A stretch of DNA of 64,000 nt from Eledone cirrhosa (lineage: Eukaryota): contig OZ024751.1 of assembly GCA_964016885.1 (NCBI GenBank), forward strand, positions 32,364,001 through 32,428,000, written 5' to 3'. Within the stretch, counting starts at the first letter, position 1. The number at the start of each line of letters is the position of its first letter. The notes under the pieces were generated by a model that saw only the letters and a list, made by a program, of their open reading frames with translations, had not been told where the DNA came from and searched no databases. Positions 61,127 through 64,000 of this stretch are shown piece by piece. Both the position numbers and the translations under genes were made by a program.

Positions 61127-61436
61127 ATACATATATAAAGTTTACATACATTAATTACATATTTTATTTAACAAAATTAATTGGAATCCTTCATCAATCC
61201 TTTCTGTTCTGTTATATTTTCACAAATATTTTAAACAATGTCTGGTAATGCACGCGGTTTGTACTTTTTTCAATGTATTTTTTTCAATGTATTGTGTGTA
61301 TGGTGGTGGTGTGTGTGTGTATGCATATGTGTGTGCGTGTTTGTCTGTATGGTTGTGTATGTGTGTGAGTGTTTGTCTGTATGGTGGTGGTGGTGGTGGT
61401 GGTGGTGGTGGTGGTGGTGGTGGTGTGTGTGTGTGT

Positions 61437-61479
<43 letters not shown>

Positions 61480-61677
61480 CGTGCGCGCGCGCGTGTGTTT
61501 GAGCGCATGCTTTTGCACGCACGCGTTAGTGGTGTCTGTGTGTCTCTATCTATATTATCCCTTTATGGCTTCATATTCAAATAGTTTATAAAATATTAAG
61601 TTATTTTCATTGTTTCACTTTTGGGCTTTTGATAAATAAGAAAAAAACTAGCAAAACAAAGGCAAACAATACAAAAC

Positions 61678-61711
61678 GGTGTTGTTGTTAGTGGTGGTAG
61701 TGTCGGTGGTG

Positions 61712-61743
<32 letters not shown>

Positions 61744-62340
61744 GCCGTTGTTCTTGGTAGTGATGCTGTTGCTGGTGTTGGTAGTGGTGGTGTTGGTAGT
61801 GATGGTGTTGGTGATGTTTGTGGCGGTGTTGGTGTTGGTGGTGATGTTGGTAGTGGTGGTGGTGGTGTTGGTAGAGGGGGTGTTGGTGGTGTTGGTGGTG
61901 TTTGTAGTGGTGGTGGTAGAGGGGGTGTTGGTGGTGTTGCTGGTGTTGGTGGTTTTGGTGGTGTTGGTGGTGTTGTGATGTTGGTGATGTTGGTAGTGGT
62001 GGTGTTGGTAGTGATGGTGTTGGTGGTATTGGTAGTGGTGGTGTTGGTAGTGATGGTGTTGGTGGTGTTGGTGGTGTTGGTAGTGGTGGTGTTGGTAGTG
62101 ATGGTGTTGGTGGTGTTGGTGATGGCGTTGGTGATGGCGTTGGTGATGTTGGTGGTAGTGTTGGTAGCGATAGTGTTGGTGGTGTTGGTGATTATGTTGG
62201 TGATGGTGTTGGTGATGTTGGTGGTGGTGGTGGTGGTGGAGTTGGTAGAGGTGGTGTTGGTGATGTTGATAGTGGAGGGCTGGTGGTGTTGGTGGCGTTG
62301 GTGATGATGGCGGTGGTGTTGGAGTTGGTGGTGATGGATC
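61678..62340. repeat. Degenerate (GGT/GTT/GAT)n triplet repeat
   Basis: Low-complexity sequence. Confidence 0.9.
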
Positions 62341-62761
62341 TAGTAAAGAAAGCTTTAAAAAAAACAAAGCAAAACACAACGTGGGTAGGTACAATGATGG
62401 GGGATTAGGGGTGGGTGAGAAAAAGGAAGGAAAACAAAGAGAATCAGGAGACTGGCGGCAAGTAGGGTGGTGAGGAAATAAAGGAACAATAACATTTAAA
62501 AAACAAATTCTGAACAATGGTGGCTGATATTTTAACATAAGACAATCAACAAAATAATTTATATTGTGGTATTGAAACCTGAGCCCATAACTTTCCATAC
62601 AATGTAACTGGTTGGTGTAGTAGCTGCTGCTACTTCTGCTGCTGTTGATGTTGTTGTTGTGGTTGTTGTTGAGGTTATGTAATTCCAGGCCAGCTCTGAT
62701 CTAGCAGACCTACAGAAGGCAGGCAATGGGTCGCAAAACAATCTGTGGCTATCCATAAATC

Positions 62762-62844
62762 TATTGGGTCGTCAAGTATGACATTTATAGAAATTTGTTC
62801 TTTTTCGAGAAATTTCTACAAATTTCATACTTGACGAACCAATA
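62762..62844. mobile_element. ~80-bp palindromic mini-MITE, probably mariner type
   Basis: ~35-bp imperfect arms tattgggtcgtcaagtatga... / ...tcatacttgacgaaccaata with TA at both ends. Confidence 0.6.
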
Positions 62845-62847
62845 TAT

Positions 62848-63212
62848 TACCAGTTATACCTTGTGTCTGTCTATTTAGGGACTCATACTGCACATTCCAA
62901 CATACCAGTATACGTTGTGTCTATCTAGTTAGGGACACACACTTCACGTTCCAGCATACCAGTTATATCTTGTGTCTATCTAGTTAGGGACCGACCCTTC
63001 ACATTCTAACATATCCGTTATATCTGGTATCTGTCTAGTTAGGGGCCCACACTTCACGTTCCAGCATATCAGTTATATCTTGTGTCTGTCTAGTTAGGGA
63101 CCCACACTTCACATTCCAGCATACCAGTTATATCTGGTGTCTATCTAGTTAAGGACTTACACTTCACGTTCCATCATACCAGTTATATCTGGTGTCTGTC
63201 TAGTGGGAACCA
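62848..63212. repeat. 55-bp minisatellite, ~6.6 copies
   Basis: Units start at 62848, 62903, 62957, 63012, 63067, 63122 and 63177. Confidence 0.9.
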
Positions 63213-63282
63213 CATATACATATATTTTCAACTGTTCAACACACTATATATTTTCACCTGTTAAACATACTGGCAGATGTAT

Positions 63283-63325
63283 ATAGTCCTGATGAAGGGT
63301 AATGGTCCAGAAACATGTTGATTGT
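63283..63325 (+). ncRNA. Minimal hammerhead motif, partly degenerate
   Basis: AUAGUC-CUGAUGA-aGGG uaaugg UCCa-GAAA-CAUG-UU-GAUUGU, with an A.A mismatch at the base of helix II. Confidence 0.55.
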
Positions 63326-63675
63326 TCCTCAAAGCCAGTGTTGAATAAACAGGTGACGATCAGTCACCGGCACGACACAGCTTCAAATCGGGCCGTTTGT
63401 TTACAAACGAGTCGAACATTATTACGAGGTTAACTTTGACTTTCACCCTTTCGGGGTCGATAAAATAAAGTACCAGTAATGTACTGGGATAATTGCTGGC
63501 CTTGTGCCAAAAGTAGAAACAATTATTAATGTTCGATATAATCCATAGTACATTGTATATATGTATGTGTTTGTGTATATATATGTGTGTACGTGTGCAT
63601 ACTTACACACACACATACACACACATATATACTTATATACAAACATATATATATATGTGTATATATATGTGTGTG

Positions 63676-63746
<71 letters not shown>

Positions 63747-64000
63747 ATATATATATATATGTGTGTGCGTGTGTGTGTATGTGTGTACATATTTCTGATT
63801 CACTGCTAAATATTTATTTTGGGCTACTTTTTAACACACTTCCCTACTTTTTGATAATTTCGTTTTTTATGAAATAAGTTAGGTAACCCTCAGTAGGCCG
63901 TCCTAAGTATTCAGTGAGGATTCAAACACATACAGACACATACAGACGTATACAGACATATTCGAAGACACATGGACACACGTATGCAAACACACACGCA

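Noticed and set aside
62848-63212. CRISPR-like periodic repeat
   Set aside because: Whole units repeat with no unique spacers, there are no cas genes, and the context is eukaryotic.

Overview
Eukaryotic (animal) genomic DNA, extremely AT- and microsatellite-rich. The repeat content suggests an octopod cephalopod, which is an inference and was not checked by any search. Most long ORFs in the track are translation artefacts of (TA)n, (CA)n and triplet repeats. The only host gene I can support is three spliced coding exons of a rolling stone (rost)-like multi-pass membrane protein on + (27398-27611, 34577-34693, 36399-36784); its first exon is not identified. The rest is a dense community of mobile elements, each associated with its own microsatellite: a CR1-group LINE in (TA)n, Dong/R4-like RLE LINEs in (TAA)n, a second RLE LINE group in (CATA)n, a bipartite RTE derivative in (TATG)n and Tx1-like fragments in (TCTA)n. 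There are also tRNA-type SINEs, a hAT MITE and a deleted DD37D mariner. The main finding is more than a dozen minimal type I hammerhead ribozyme motifs in short non-coding, Penelope-like/retrozyme-like insertions, mostly in (TA)n. Several carry the compensatory U3-A8 core. They occur as tandem arrays (316-nt and 679-nt units) and as long palindromes of up to 342 bp.
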